Below, piece by piece: positions 22,752 to 30,597 of a stretch of DNA of 32,000 nt; the stretch's first letter is position 1, and each line of letters starts with the position of its first letter. A program made the position numbers and the translations under genes. The notes under the pieces are model-generated. The model worked only from the letters and a program-made list of their open reading frames with translations, had not been told where the DNA came from and made no database searches. The DNA is from Mycolicibacterium smegmatis (GTDB lineage: Bacteria > Actinomycetota > Actinomycetes > Mycobacteriales > Mycobacteriaceae), in the NCBI RefSeq assembly GCF_001457595.1, contig NZ_LN831039.1, positions 5,550,001 through 5,582,000 on the forward strand, read 5' to 3'.

Positions 22752-22850
22752 CTCCAGCGTAGCGCCTGCCGCCCCGGAGGTTAACCTGCTGGTAACCCTT
22801 CCGGCGGCGGCTCGACGCACGTCTGGTGATCTTCGCCAAACATACGAAAA

Positions 22851-22869
22851 CGGCGGCCGATGGCCGCCG
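22851..22869 (-). terminator. Intrinsic terminator after moaB2
   Basis: CGGCGGCC / GGCCGCCG, an 8-bp stem with a 3-nt loop. On the minus strand it is followed by TTTTCGTATGTTTGG. Confidence 0.7.
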
Positions 22870-22881
22870 AGTTCGTTGTCG

Positions 22882-23472
22882 TTAGATCTCCAAGCTTGAT
22901 AGCTGTCCGATGATCTGCACGGCCAGCGGACCCAGCGTGGCCATACCGTCGCGCACTGCTGCGCGCGATCCGGCAATGTTCACCACCAGGGTGCTGCCCG
23001 AGATTCCGGCCAGTCCACGCGACAGTCCGGCATCGACGATGCCCGCCGCGAGACCCGACGCGCGCAGTGCCTCCGAGATCCCGAGGAGCTCACGATCCAG
23101 CAACTCTCGGGTCGCCTCGGGCGTGACGTCGCGAGGTGTGACCCCGGTACCGCCCACCGACACCACCAGATCGACGCCGCCGATCACCGCGGTGTTCAAC
23201 GCGTTGCGGATCTCGACCTCGTCGGATGCCACGACCACAACGCCGTCGACCACGAACCCGGCCTCACCCAGCAGTTCGGTGACCAACGGGCCGCTGTGGT
23301 CCTCTTCGCCGTGAGCCGTGCGATCGTCGACGACGATCACGAGGGCCCGGCCGACCAACTCCCCTGGCTGTTCCATGTCTGCAACCGTATATGTGCTCGG
23401 CGACAGCGGTGCGGCCACTGTCAGGGTCACCGGCCCGCGGGTGGCGGTCAGCGTTCCCGTCGGCGGCCTCAC
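22882..23472 (-). CDS. moaB2: molybdenum cofactor biosynthesis protein MoaB/MogA family (Rv0984 homologue)
   Basis: Track ORF 22882..23472. The MoaB core reads ..RALVIVVDDRTAHGEEDHSGPLV.., ..DLVVSVGGTGVTPRDVTPEAT.., ..STLVVNIAGSRAAVRDG... GTG 23472 overlaps the pepD stop (GTGA 23469-23472), and the upstream 32 codons keep about 80% GC3. ATG 23376 (MEQPGELVG..) is the alternative start. Confidence 0.88.
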   Translation of the reverse strand: MRPPTGTLTATRGPVTLTVAAPLSPSTYTVADMEQPGELVGRALVIVVDDRTAHGEEDHSGPLVTELLGEAGFVVDGVVVVASDEVEIRNALNTAVIGGVDLVVSVGGTGVTPRDVTPEATRELLDRELLGISEALRASGLAAGIVDAGLSRGLAGISGSTLVVNIAGSRAAVRDGMATLGPLAVQIIGQLSSLEI

Positions 23473-24803
23473 TGCTCGGCCTTCCCCAGCGTGACGTCCA
23501 CGGTCTGCGGCTTGCCTGCCTGGTCGAGGTAGGTCAGCGTGACCTTCTCACCGGGAGCCTTGGACCGCACGGCCGCCACGAGCGCGTCGGCGCTGCCGAT
23601 CACGCGGTCGTCGACCTTGGTGACCACGACACCGCTGGGCAGGCCGGCCGCCGCGGCGGCACCGCCGTCGTTGACCTCGACGATCTTCGCGCCGTCACTG
23701 CTCCTGTCGTTGGCCACCTGCACACCCAGCGACGCGTGCGAGGCGACACCGTTCTGGATCAGTTCGTCGGCGATGCGCTTGGCCTGGTCCACCGGAATCG
23801 CGAAGCCGAGGCCGATCGACCCGCTCTGGGCGTTGGGCGAATCGCCGCCCATGGTCGCGATCGCCGAGTTGATGCCGACCAGTTCGCCGTTCATGTTGAC
23901 CAGTGCGCCACCGGAGTTGCCCGGGTTGATCGCGGCGTCGGTCTGGATGGCGTCGAGCACGGTGTTCTGGTTACGGGTGTCACCGCCTGCGGCCACGGGC
24001 CGGTTGAGCGCGCTGACGATGCCGGTGGTGACGGTGCCCTCGAGGCCAAGCGGGGACCCGATGGCGACGACGTCCTGGCCGACGCGCAGGTTCGCCGACG
24101 AGCCCAGCGTGATCGGGGTCAGTCCGGACACGTCCTGCGCCCGCACCACGGCGATGTCGCTGCTGGGGTCGGTGCCGACGACCGTGAACGGCCGTGTGGT
24201 GCCGTCCGCGAAGGTCACCTTGGTCTGGGCGGCCGGTCCCGGACCGTCGCCCTTCGCGGCCGCGACGACGTGGTTGTTGGTGAGGATGAGCCCGTCGGCG
24301 GTCAGGATGATGCCCGAGCCCTCTTCCGACGCGCGGCCCAGATCCGTCTCGAGCTTGACCACACTCGGCACCACCTTGGCCGCGACCTGCTCGACGCTGC
24401 CTGCGGGCAGCGCGGCCGCGGGCACGGTCGGTGCCGCACCGATGGCCGGGGAGCCCAACTGCGGGCTCTCGTTGTGCACGAGCGTCGCGACGCCGCCGCC
24501 GATGCCCGCCGAAACCACCGCCACCGCAAGGGCGCCCGCGGCCAGCCCGGCCCTGGAGCGCTTCTTCGCGGGGATCGCGACGGGCTGCGCGGTGCTGGGC
24601 GCGCGATAGGGGTCATACGCCGGGCGGAAGCCCGGCTGGGTCTGATGCGTCTGAGGCGACTGGGGCGCCTGCTGGACCTGCTGGGCGTAACGCCAGTCGT
24701 ACTGGGACGTCTGCTGATACGGGTCGGGGCGCCCACCCGGGTAACCGGGCGTGGCGCCGGTGCGGGGGTCCGGCTGCTGTGAGTACCTCGGGTGGTTGGT
24801 CAT
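23469..24803 (-). CDS. pepD: HtrA-like serine protease PepD (trypsin-like domain plus PDZ), with a Pro/Gln-rich N-terminus and a TM anchor
   Basis: Track ORF 23469..24803. It contains ..GSGIILTADGLILTNNHVV.. (His), ..DIAVV.. (Asp) and ..GNSGGALVNMNGELVGINSA.. (Ser), plus a C-terminal PDZ (..GAKIVEVNDGGAAAAAGLPSGVVVTKVDDR..). Confidence 0.95.
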   Translation of the reverse strand: MTNHPRYSQQPDPRTGATPGYPGGRPDPYQQTSQYDWRYAQQVQQAPQSPQTHQTQPGFRPAYDPYRAPSTAQPVAIPAKKRSRAGLAAGALAVAVVSAGIGGGVATLVHNESPQLGSPAIGAAPTVPAAALPAGSVEQVAAKVVPSVVKLETDLGRASEEGSGIILTADGLILTNNHVVAAAKGDGPGPAAQTKVTFADGTTRPFTVVGTDPSSDIAVVRAQDVSGLTPITLGSSANLRVGQDVVAIGSPLGLEGTVTTGIVSALNRPVAAGGDTRNQNTVLDAIQTDAAINPGNSGGALVNMNGELVGINSAIATMGGDSPNAQSGSIGLGFAIPVDQAKRIADELIQNGVASHASLGVQVANDRSSDGAKIVEVNDGGAAAAAGLPSGVVVTKVDDRVIGSADALVAAVRSKAPGEKVTLTYLDQAGKPQTVDVTLGKAEQ

Positions 24804-24872
24804 TTCGCTGCGGTGCTCTTCTCTTCTAAAGGGTCCTGCTGTTGTTGCGGCTGCGGCACTTCTACTTCAACC

Positions 24873-24898
24873 AACGAAGCTGCTGCGTAACAGGTTGC
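24873..24898 (-). promoter_or_regulatory. ECF (SigE-type)-like promoter candidate for pepD
   Basis: Minus strand: GCAACC (24898-24893), 16 nt, CGTT (24876-24873). From memory, the mycobacterial SigE-type consensus is GGAAC-N16/17-cGTT. It sits about 70 nt upstream of the pepD ATG and 9 nt downstream of the TCTCAG-type repeats. Confidence 0.4.
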
Positions 24899-24907
24899 AT
24901 AGCTGGG

Positions 24908-24924
24908 CTGAGAATCCACTTAGA
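24908..24924 (-). promoter_or_regulatory. MprA-box-like direct repeats upstream of pepD
   Basis: Minus strand: TCTAAG (24924-24919) and TCTCAG (24913-24908) with an 11-bp phase. The mprA upstream region has the same arrangement. Confidence 0.6.
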
Positions 24925-24976
24925 GATCATTCGGACCCGTCCATGAGTTGCCCCCCGGCGCTGTTGCCTGCCTCAC

Positions 24977-26455
24977 CTATTCGGTGGCGACAGTATGCCC
25001 GCCCCGGTCGTCGACGAACCCCTCGGCGGAGCGTGTCGCACCCGGATCGGGGATCCGCTGGCCGGGCAGCAGCATGTGGACCGAGGCGCCCGGCGGGTTG
25101 CCGCCGGGGACCGTCTCGTCGATGCGAAGCGCGCCACCGTGTTTCAGGACCACCTGCTGCACGATCGCCAGGCCCAGACCGGATCCGGGCATCGCACGCG
25201 CCGCGTCGGAGCGGTAGAACCGCTCGAACACCAGGCGCCGCTCCTCCGGCGGGATGCCGGGTCCCTGGTCGGAGACGACGATTTCGGCATGCATGTGGTC
25301 GACCTGATGCAGCCGGACGCCCACGCGTCCGCCCGGCGGACTCCACTTCGCGGCGTTGTCGAGCAGGTTGAGCACCGCGCGGCCCAGACCCTGTGCATCG
25401 CCGAACACCTGCCAGCCGATGACGTCGACATCGAACTCGATGTCGTTGCGGCGGCGGCGGACCCGTTCGAGGCTGCGGTCGATGACGTCGGCCATGTCGA
25501 CGGGCTCGGGCGTGATGCCGCCCGCGTCCTCGCGGGTGAGGTCCACGAGATCGCCCACGAGCGTGGACAACTCCTCGATCTGGGCGATCACGTCGGCGCG
25601 CAGCCCGGCCATCTCGTCCTCGGGCAGCGGCGGTGCACCGGGTTCCTGCGCGGCCATCAGCAGTTCGACGTTGGTGCGCAGCGAGGTCAGCGGCGTGCGC
25701 AGTTCGTGTCCCGCGTCGGAGACCAGCCGGGCCTGGCGTTCGCGGGATTCGGCCAGCGCCCGCAACATCATGTTGAACGCCTCGGTGAGGCGCGCGAGCT
25801 CGTCGCTGCCGACCACCGGGATGGGTCGTAGGTCGTCGGTGCGGGCCACCCGTTCGGCGGCCTCGGTGAGTCTGCCGACGGGACGCAGCCCCGCTCTGGC
25901 GACGGCCCCACCGGCGATGGCGGCCACGGCGACGCCGATACCGCCGACGATCAGCAGCACCGTGCCGAGCCGTCTGAGCACTTGGACGGTCGGCGCGAGG
26001 CTCTTGGAGATCAGCAGTGAACTGCCGTTGGCCAGATGCACCGCGAGCACCCGCTGATGATTGGCCGTGCGCAGTGACATGAGCAGTTCGCCGGAGATGA
26101 CGTCTTTCTCCGGTTCTCCCAGCGGCAGCGTCTGACCCTGCTGGTTGGCGGTGTAGATCGACCGGCCCGGGATCACCAGCATCGCGTTGACGTCCGAGTA
26201 GGCGGTGCCCTCGATGGCCTTGCCCGGATCGGCGGCCAGCGACCCGCTCTCGATGAGCAGCCGGGCCCGGCTGTGCAGCTGGTTGTCGAGGTCGTCGTAG
26301 AGCGCGCGCGAGACGACGGCGTACACCGCGACGGCCATCAGCACCACCACGAGCGCCACCATCGACATCGCGAGCATCATCACGCGCCAGCGCAAGGACA
26401 GTGAGCTGGTGGGGAGCGGGCCCGTGGGCCGCCAGGAGTTCGGAGGAAAGGCCAT
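24977..26455 (-). CDS. mprB: two-component sensor histidine kinase MprB
   Basis: Within track ORF 24977..26497. ATG 26455 lies 4 nt after the mprA stop. Recognisable parts are SLSLRWRVMMLAMSMVALVVVLMAVAVYAV (TM1), HAMP, the H-box SDAGHELRTPLTSL, the N-box LLDNAAKWSP, and the G-boxes DQGPGIP and GSGLGLAIV. Confidence 0.93.
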   Translation of the reverse strand: MAFPPNSWRPTGPLPTSSLSLRWRVMMLAMSMVALVVVLMAVAVYAVVSRALYDDLDNQLHSRARLLIESGSLAADPGKAIEGTAYSDVNAMLVIPGRSIYTANQQGQTLPLGEPEKDVISGELLMSLRTANHQRVLAVHLANGSSLLISKSLAPTVQVLRRLGTVLLIVGGIGVAVAAIAGGAVARAGLRPVGRLTEAAERVARTDDLRPIPVVGSDELARLTEAFNMMLRALAESRERQARLVSDAGHELRTPLTSLRTNVELLMAAQEPGAPPLPEDEMAGLRADVIAQIEELSTLVGDLVDLTREDAGGITPEPVDMADVIDRSLERVRRRRNDIEFDVDVIGWQVFGDAQGLGRAVLNLLDNAAKWSPPGGRVGVRLHQVDHMHAEIVVSDQGPGIPPEERRLVFERFYRSDAARAMPGSGLGLAIVQQVVLKHGGALRIDETVPGGNPPGASVHMLLPGQRIPDPGATRSAEGFVDDRGGHTVATE

Positions 26456-26459
26456 CTCG

Positions 26460-27152
26460 CTACGGAGGCGTTTCCCGCAGCACGTAGCCGACGCCACGCA
26501 CGGTGTGGATCAGCCGCGGCTCGCCTTCTGCCTCGGTCTTGCGGCGCAGATATCCGATGTAGACCTCAAGGGCGTTGCCCGAGGTCGGGAAATCGAATCC
26601 CCACACCTCTTCCAGGATGCGGCTGCGGGTCAGCACACGCCGCGGGTTGGCGATGAGCATCTCCAGCAGCGAGAACTCGGTGCGCGTCAGGCTGATCTGC
26701 CGTCCGCCGCGCGTGACCTCGCGGGTCACCGGGTCGAGCGTCAGATCGGAGAACGTCATCTTCTGCGAGTCGCCACTGTCGTCGGAGACCGTGCGGCGCA
26801 GCAGGGCGCGCATCCGCGCCAGCAGTTCCTCGAGTGCGAACGGCTTGGGCAGGTAGTCATCGGCGCCCGCGTCCAGGCCGGCGACGCGCTCGGACACCGA
26901 GTCGCGCGCGGTGAGCACCAGGATCGGCAGGTCGTCGCCCGTGCTGCGAAGCTGCCTGCAGACCTCGAGGCCGTCGAGCCTGGGCATCATGACGTCGAGG
27001 ATCAGGGCGTCCGGCCGGTTGTTGGTGATCGCGTCGAGAGCCTCGACCCCGTCCTGGGCGAGTTCGACCGAATAACCATTGAAGGAAAGCGACCGGCGCA
27101 GGGATTCGCGCACAGCGCGATCGTCGTCAACGACAAGTATGCGCACAGCCAC
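26460..27152 (-). CDS. mprA: OmpR/PhoB-family response regulator MprA
   Basis: Track ORF 26460..27152. [49 protein letters not shown].. is the receiver domain. The winged-helix C-terminus is ..[47 protein letters not shown]. Confidence 0.95.
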
Positions 27153-27168
27153 AGTTTTGACTCACTAT

Positions 27169-27185
27169 CTGAGAGAGGGCTGAGA
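27169..27185 (-). promoter_or_regulatory. MprA-box direct repeats upstream of mprA (autoregulation site)
   Basis: Minus strand: CCTCTCAGCCCTCTCTCAGATAG. TCTCAG occurs twice with an 11-bp phase (plus-strand CTGAGA at 27169-27174 and 27180-27185). The proximal repeat ends only 17 nt upstream of the GTG start. Confidence 0.65.
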
Positions 27186-27262
27186 GGCGCGCCGCAAATT
27201 CACCCTGTGTCTGTCGTAATCTGCCGCACATCTCTGCGATGAGACCTGACCCGGAGCACACG

Positions 27263-27294
27263 AAAAAGCGCTATCACAAGTGATAGCGCTTTTT
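27263..27294. terminator. Intrinsic (bidirectional-type) terminator after rpmF
   Basis: AAAAAGCGCTATCAC-AA-GTGATAGCGCTTTTT. The inverted repeat is perfect, with an A5 run on one flank and a T5 run on the other. It starts 16 nt downstream of the rpmF stop on the minus strand. Confidence 0.85.
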
Positions 27295-27309
27295 GTGGTG
27301 TTGCGCGTT

Positions 27310-27483
27310 TCAGCGCTTGTCGAGGTCGACCAGACCCAGACGCGCGGCCTTGAGCAGGCGGCGCGGGACCTTGCGCTGCTGGCCGGCGACGCTCACGGTC
27401 ACCAGACCGGGGGCCTCGGCCTTCCACTGCGCGCGCCGGCTACGGGTGTTCGCGCGCGACATTCTGCGCTTGGGCACAGCCAT
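27310..27483 (-). CDS. rpmF: 50S ribosomal protein L32
   Basis: Within track ORF 27310..27666. ATG 27483 is preceded by AAGGAG. The sequence is [57 protein letters not shown] (57 aa), with the canonical L32 N-terminus. Confidence 0.95.
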
Positions 27484-27674
27484 GACGTGCATCTCCTTGC
27501 TTAGGGTTGTTGCCGCGCGAACGTGTTCACTCGCCGACGGCGACGATTGCACTACAGAGTAACCGTTGACCTGGGTCGGCTCCAAAACGCCCGACGGAAC
27601 TGGTCGGATACGCCATACGCTGGCGTGACAGGCGGCACAACCGCGGCCCGCGCCGCGGTCCGTCACAGAAATCC

Positions 27675-27711
27675 TTGACTCGTGACCGGTGGTACCGGAT
27701 AACCTACCGGT
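27675..27711 (+). promoter_or_regulatory. Candidate promoter with overlapping palindromic operators upstream of the atuA-like operon
   Basis: TTGACT (27675-27680), 19 nt, TAACCT (27700-27705). The palindromic hexamer ACCGGT occurs at 27685-27690 and 27706-27711 (21-bp phase), and GGTACC lies between them at 27691-27696. Confidence 0.4.
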
Positions 27712-27745
27712 TGGTTGGGCTCAGTCGGCGTCGACGGGAGTATGC

Positions 27746-29452
27746 GTGACTTCTGGTTCGGTCCGGATCGGGAACTGTTCCGGGTTCTACGGCGACCGCA
27801 TGGCCGCCATGCGGGAGATGCTGACCGGGGGCGAGCTCGATTACCTCACCGGCGACTACCTCGCCGAGCTCACGATGCTGATCCTCGCGCGCGACCGCGC
27901 CAAGGATCCCGGGCGCGGCTACGCCAGGACGTTCCTGCGCCAACTCGAGGAGTCCCTCGGGCTCGCGCTGGACAAGGGCGTGAAGATCGTAGCCAACGCG
28001 GGCGGGCTCAACCCCGCGGGCCTGGCCGAGGCGGTGCGGGCGCTGGCCGGACGGCTCGGGTTGAGCGTCGCCGTCGCCCACGTCGAGGGCGACGACCTGC
28101 TTCCCCGCGCCGCCGAACTCGGCTTCTCCGAGTCCGGCGACCCGCTGGCCGCCAACGCCTATCTGGGCGCCTGGGGCATCGTCGACTGTCTGAACGCCGG
28201 CGCCGACGTCGTTGTCACGGGCCGCGTCACCGACGCCTCGGTCACCGTCGGACCCGCGGCCGCGCACTTCGGCTGGGCCCGCACCGATTACGACGCGCTC
28301 GCCGGTGCGGTGGCCGCCGGGCACGTCATCGAATGCGGGGCCCAGGCCACCGGCGGCAACTACGCGTTCTTCACCGAGATCGAGGATCTGCTGCATCCCG
28401 GCTTCCCGATCGCCGAGATCGCCGCCGACGGGTCCTCGGTGATCACCAAGCATCCCGGCACCGGCGGCCGTGTCGACGTCGGCACCGTGACCGCGCAATT
28501 GCTCTACGAGATCGGCGGCGCACGCTACGCGAACCCCGACGTCACGCTCCGTGTCGACTCGCTGCGACTCGACCCCGACGGGCCCGACCGGGTGCGCATC
28601 TCGGGCGTCGTCGGCGAGCCCCCGCCGCCGACGTACAAGGTGTCGCTCAACCGCATCGGCGGGTTCCGCAACGCGACGACGTTTGTGCTCACCGGCCTGG
28701 ACATCGAGGCCAAGGCTCAGCTGGTGCGCAACCAGTTGGAGTGCGCGCTCAAGACCGAACCCGCGGAACTGGAATGGACGCTGGCGCGCACCGACCATCC
28801 CGACGCCGGCACCGAGGAGGCGGCCAGCGCACTGCTGCACTGCGTGGTGCGCGATCCTGACCCGAACACCGTCGGGCGCCAGTTCTCCTCGGCGGCCGTC
28901 GAACTCGCGTTGGCCAGCTATCCCGGCTTCACCGCCACCGCCCCGCCCGGTGACGCCCAGATCTACGGGATCTTCACGCCCGGTTACGTGGCCGCCGCCG
29001 AGGTCGCGCATGTCGCGGTGCACGCCGACGGCACCCGCGTCGCGATCCCGCCGACGTCCGAGACGCGGGAACTGGGACCGGTTCCCGAACCCGCTGTCGC
29101 GCCGCCCGACCCGGGCCCGACAGTGCGCGCGCCGCTGGGCCTGATCGCCGGGGCCCGCAGCGGCGACAAGGGCGGATCGGCCAACGTCGGGGTGTGGGTG
29201 CGCAGCGACGCGTCGTATCGGTGGCTGGTGCACACACTGACCGTCGACGTGCTGCGCGACCTGCTGCCCGAGGCCGCCGAATTGCCCGTCACACGACACG
29301 TGCTGCCCAATCTGCGGGCGCTGAACTTCGTCATCGACGACATTCTGGGGAAGGGCGTGGCCTGTCAGGCACGTTTCGACCCACAGGCGAAAGGCCTCGG
29401 TGAATGGCTGCGCAGCCGTCACCTCGACATCCCGAAGGATCTGTTGCCATGA
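27746..29452 (+). CDS. AtuA-like acyclic terpene utilisation protein (DUF1446 family; Rv0976c-position homologue)
   Basis: Within track ORF 27689..29452. GTG 27746 is preceded by GGGAG 6 nt upstream. VRIGNCSGFYGDRMAAMREMLTGGELDYLTGDYLAELTMLIL.. matches the DUF1446 N-terminus as I remember it. It is followed by acyl-CoA dehydrogenase and carboxyltransferase genes, as in atu/liu-type clusters. Confidence 0.8.
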   Translation: MTSGSVRIGNCSGFYGDRMAAMREMLTGGELDYLTGDYLAELTMLILARDRAKDPGRGYARTFLRQLEESLGLALDKGVKIVANAGGLNPAGLAEAVRALAGRLGLSVAVAHVEGDDLLPRAAELGFSESGDPLAANAYLGAWGIVDCLNAGADVVVTGRVTDASVTVGPAAAHFGWARTDYDALAGAVAAGHVIECGAQATGGNYAFFTEIEDLLHPGFPIAEIAADGSSVITKHPGTGGRVDVGTVTAQLLYEIGGARYANPDVTLRVDSLRLDPDGPDRVRISGVVGEPPPPTYKVSLNRIGGFRNATTFVLTGLDIEAKAQLVRNQLECALKTEPAELEWTLARTDHPDAGTEEAASALLHCVVRDPDPNTVGRQFSSAAVELALASYPGFTATAPPGDAQIYGIFTPGYVAAAEVAHVAVHADGTRVAIPPTSETRELGPVPEPAVAPPDPGPTVRAPLGLIAGARSGDKGGSANVGVWVRSDASYRWLVHTLTVDVLRDLLPEAAELPVTRHVLPNLRALNFVIDDILGKGVACQARFDPQAKGLGEWLRSRHLDIPKDLLP

Positions 29453-30597
29453 GCATCTGGACCACCGCAGAACGCGAGGCACTGCGAAAAACCGTGCGCG
29501 CCTTCGCCGAACGCGAGGTGCTTCCGCACGCCCACGAATGGGAACGCGCCGGGGAGATCCCCCGCGAACTGCACCGCAAGGCCGCGGAACTGGGTCTGCT
29601 GGGCGCGGGCTTCCCCGAGGATGCGGGCGGCAGCGGCGGGGACGGCGCCGATCCGGTGGTCATCTGCGAGGAGATGCACTACGCGGGCTCACCCGGCGGG
29701 GTGTACGCATCGCTGTTCACGTGCGGTATCGCTGTCCCCCACATGATCGCCTCGGGCGACCAGCGGCTCATCGACACCTATGTGCGGCCGACACTGCGCG
29801 GCGAGAAGATCGGCGCGCTGGCCATCACCGAACCCGGCGGCGGATCCGACGTCGGGCATCTGCGCACCCGCGCCGATCTGGACGGCGACCACTACGTCAT
29901 CAACGGCGCCAAGACCTACATCACCTCGGGTGTGCGCGCCGACTACGTCGTGACCGCCGCACGCACAGGCGGCCCGGGCGCGGGCGGCGTCTCGCTGATC
30001 GTGGTGGACAAGGGCACACCGGGATTCGAGGTGACCCGCAAGCTCGACAAGATGGGTTGGCGCTCAAGCGATACCGCCGAGCTGTCCTACACCGATGTGC
30101 GGGTGCCCGTGGCGAACCTGGTGGGCAGCGAGAACACGGGGTTCGCGCAGATCGCGGCCGCGTTCGTGGCCGAACGGGTGGGCCTGGCCACGCAGGCCTA
30201 CGCGGGCGCGCAGCGCTGCCTGGACCTCACCGTCGAGTGGTGCCGCAACCGGGACACGTTCGGGCGTCCACTGATCTCACGGCAGGCGGTGCAGAACACA
30301 CTCGCGGGCATGGCCCGGCGCATCGACGTCGCGCGGGTGTACACGCGGCACGTGGTGGAACGACAACTCGCGGGCGAGACGAATCTGATCGCCGAGGTGT
30401 GCTTCGCCAAGAACACCGCCGTGGAGGCCGGCGAGTGGGTGGCCAACCAGGCCGTCCAATTGTTCGGCGGCATGGGCTACATGGCCGAGTCCGAGGTCGA
30501 GCGCCAGTACCGCGACATGCGCATCCTCGGCATCGGCGGCGGCACCACCGAGATCTTGACCAGCCTGGCCGCCAAGACGCTGGGGTTCCAGTCATGA
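29449..30597 (+). CDS. fadE13: acyl-CoA dehydrogenase (Rv0975c fadE13-position homologue)
   Basis: Within track ORF 29404..30597. ATG 29449 overlaps the upstream stop (ATGA 29449-29452). ACAD motifs are present: ..GALAITEPGGGSDVG.., ..INGAKTYITSG.., ..QLFGGMGYMAESEVERQYRDMRILGIGGGTTEI... Confidence 0.9.
   Translation: MSIWTTAEREALRKTVRAFAEREVLPHAHEWERAGEIPRELHRKAAELGLLGAGFPEDAGGSGGDGADPVVICEEMHYAGSPGGVYASLFTCGIAVPHMIASGDQRLIDTYVRPTLRGEKIGALAITEPGGGSDVGHLRTRADLDGDHYVINGAKTYITSGVRADYVVTAARTGGPGAGGVSLIVVDKGTPGFEVTRKLDKMGWRSSDTAELSYTDVRVPVANLVGSENTGFAQIAAAFVAERVGLATQAYAGAQRCLDLTVEWCRNRDTFGRPLISRQAVQNTLAGMARRIDVARVYTRHVVERQLAGETNLIAEVCFAKNTAVEAGEWVANQAVQLFGGMGYMAESEVERQYRDMRILGIGGGTTEILTSLAAKTLGFQS

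Noticed and set aside
22485-22976. 163-aa minus-strand ORF covering the moaB2 3' end and the CRP-site region.
   Set aside because: It overlaps the moaB2 terminator and the moaB2 coding end, and has an odd composition (W/R/C-rich). It is in a different frame from the 52-aa ORF, which has an RBS and coding-like GC3.
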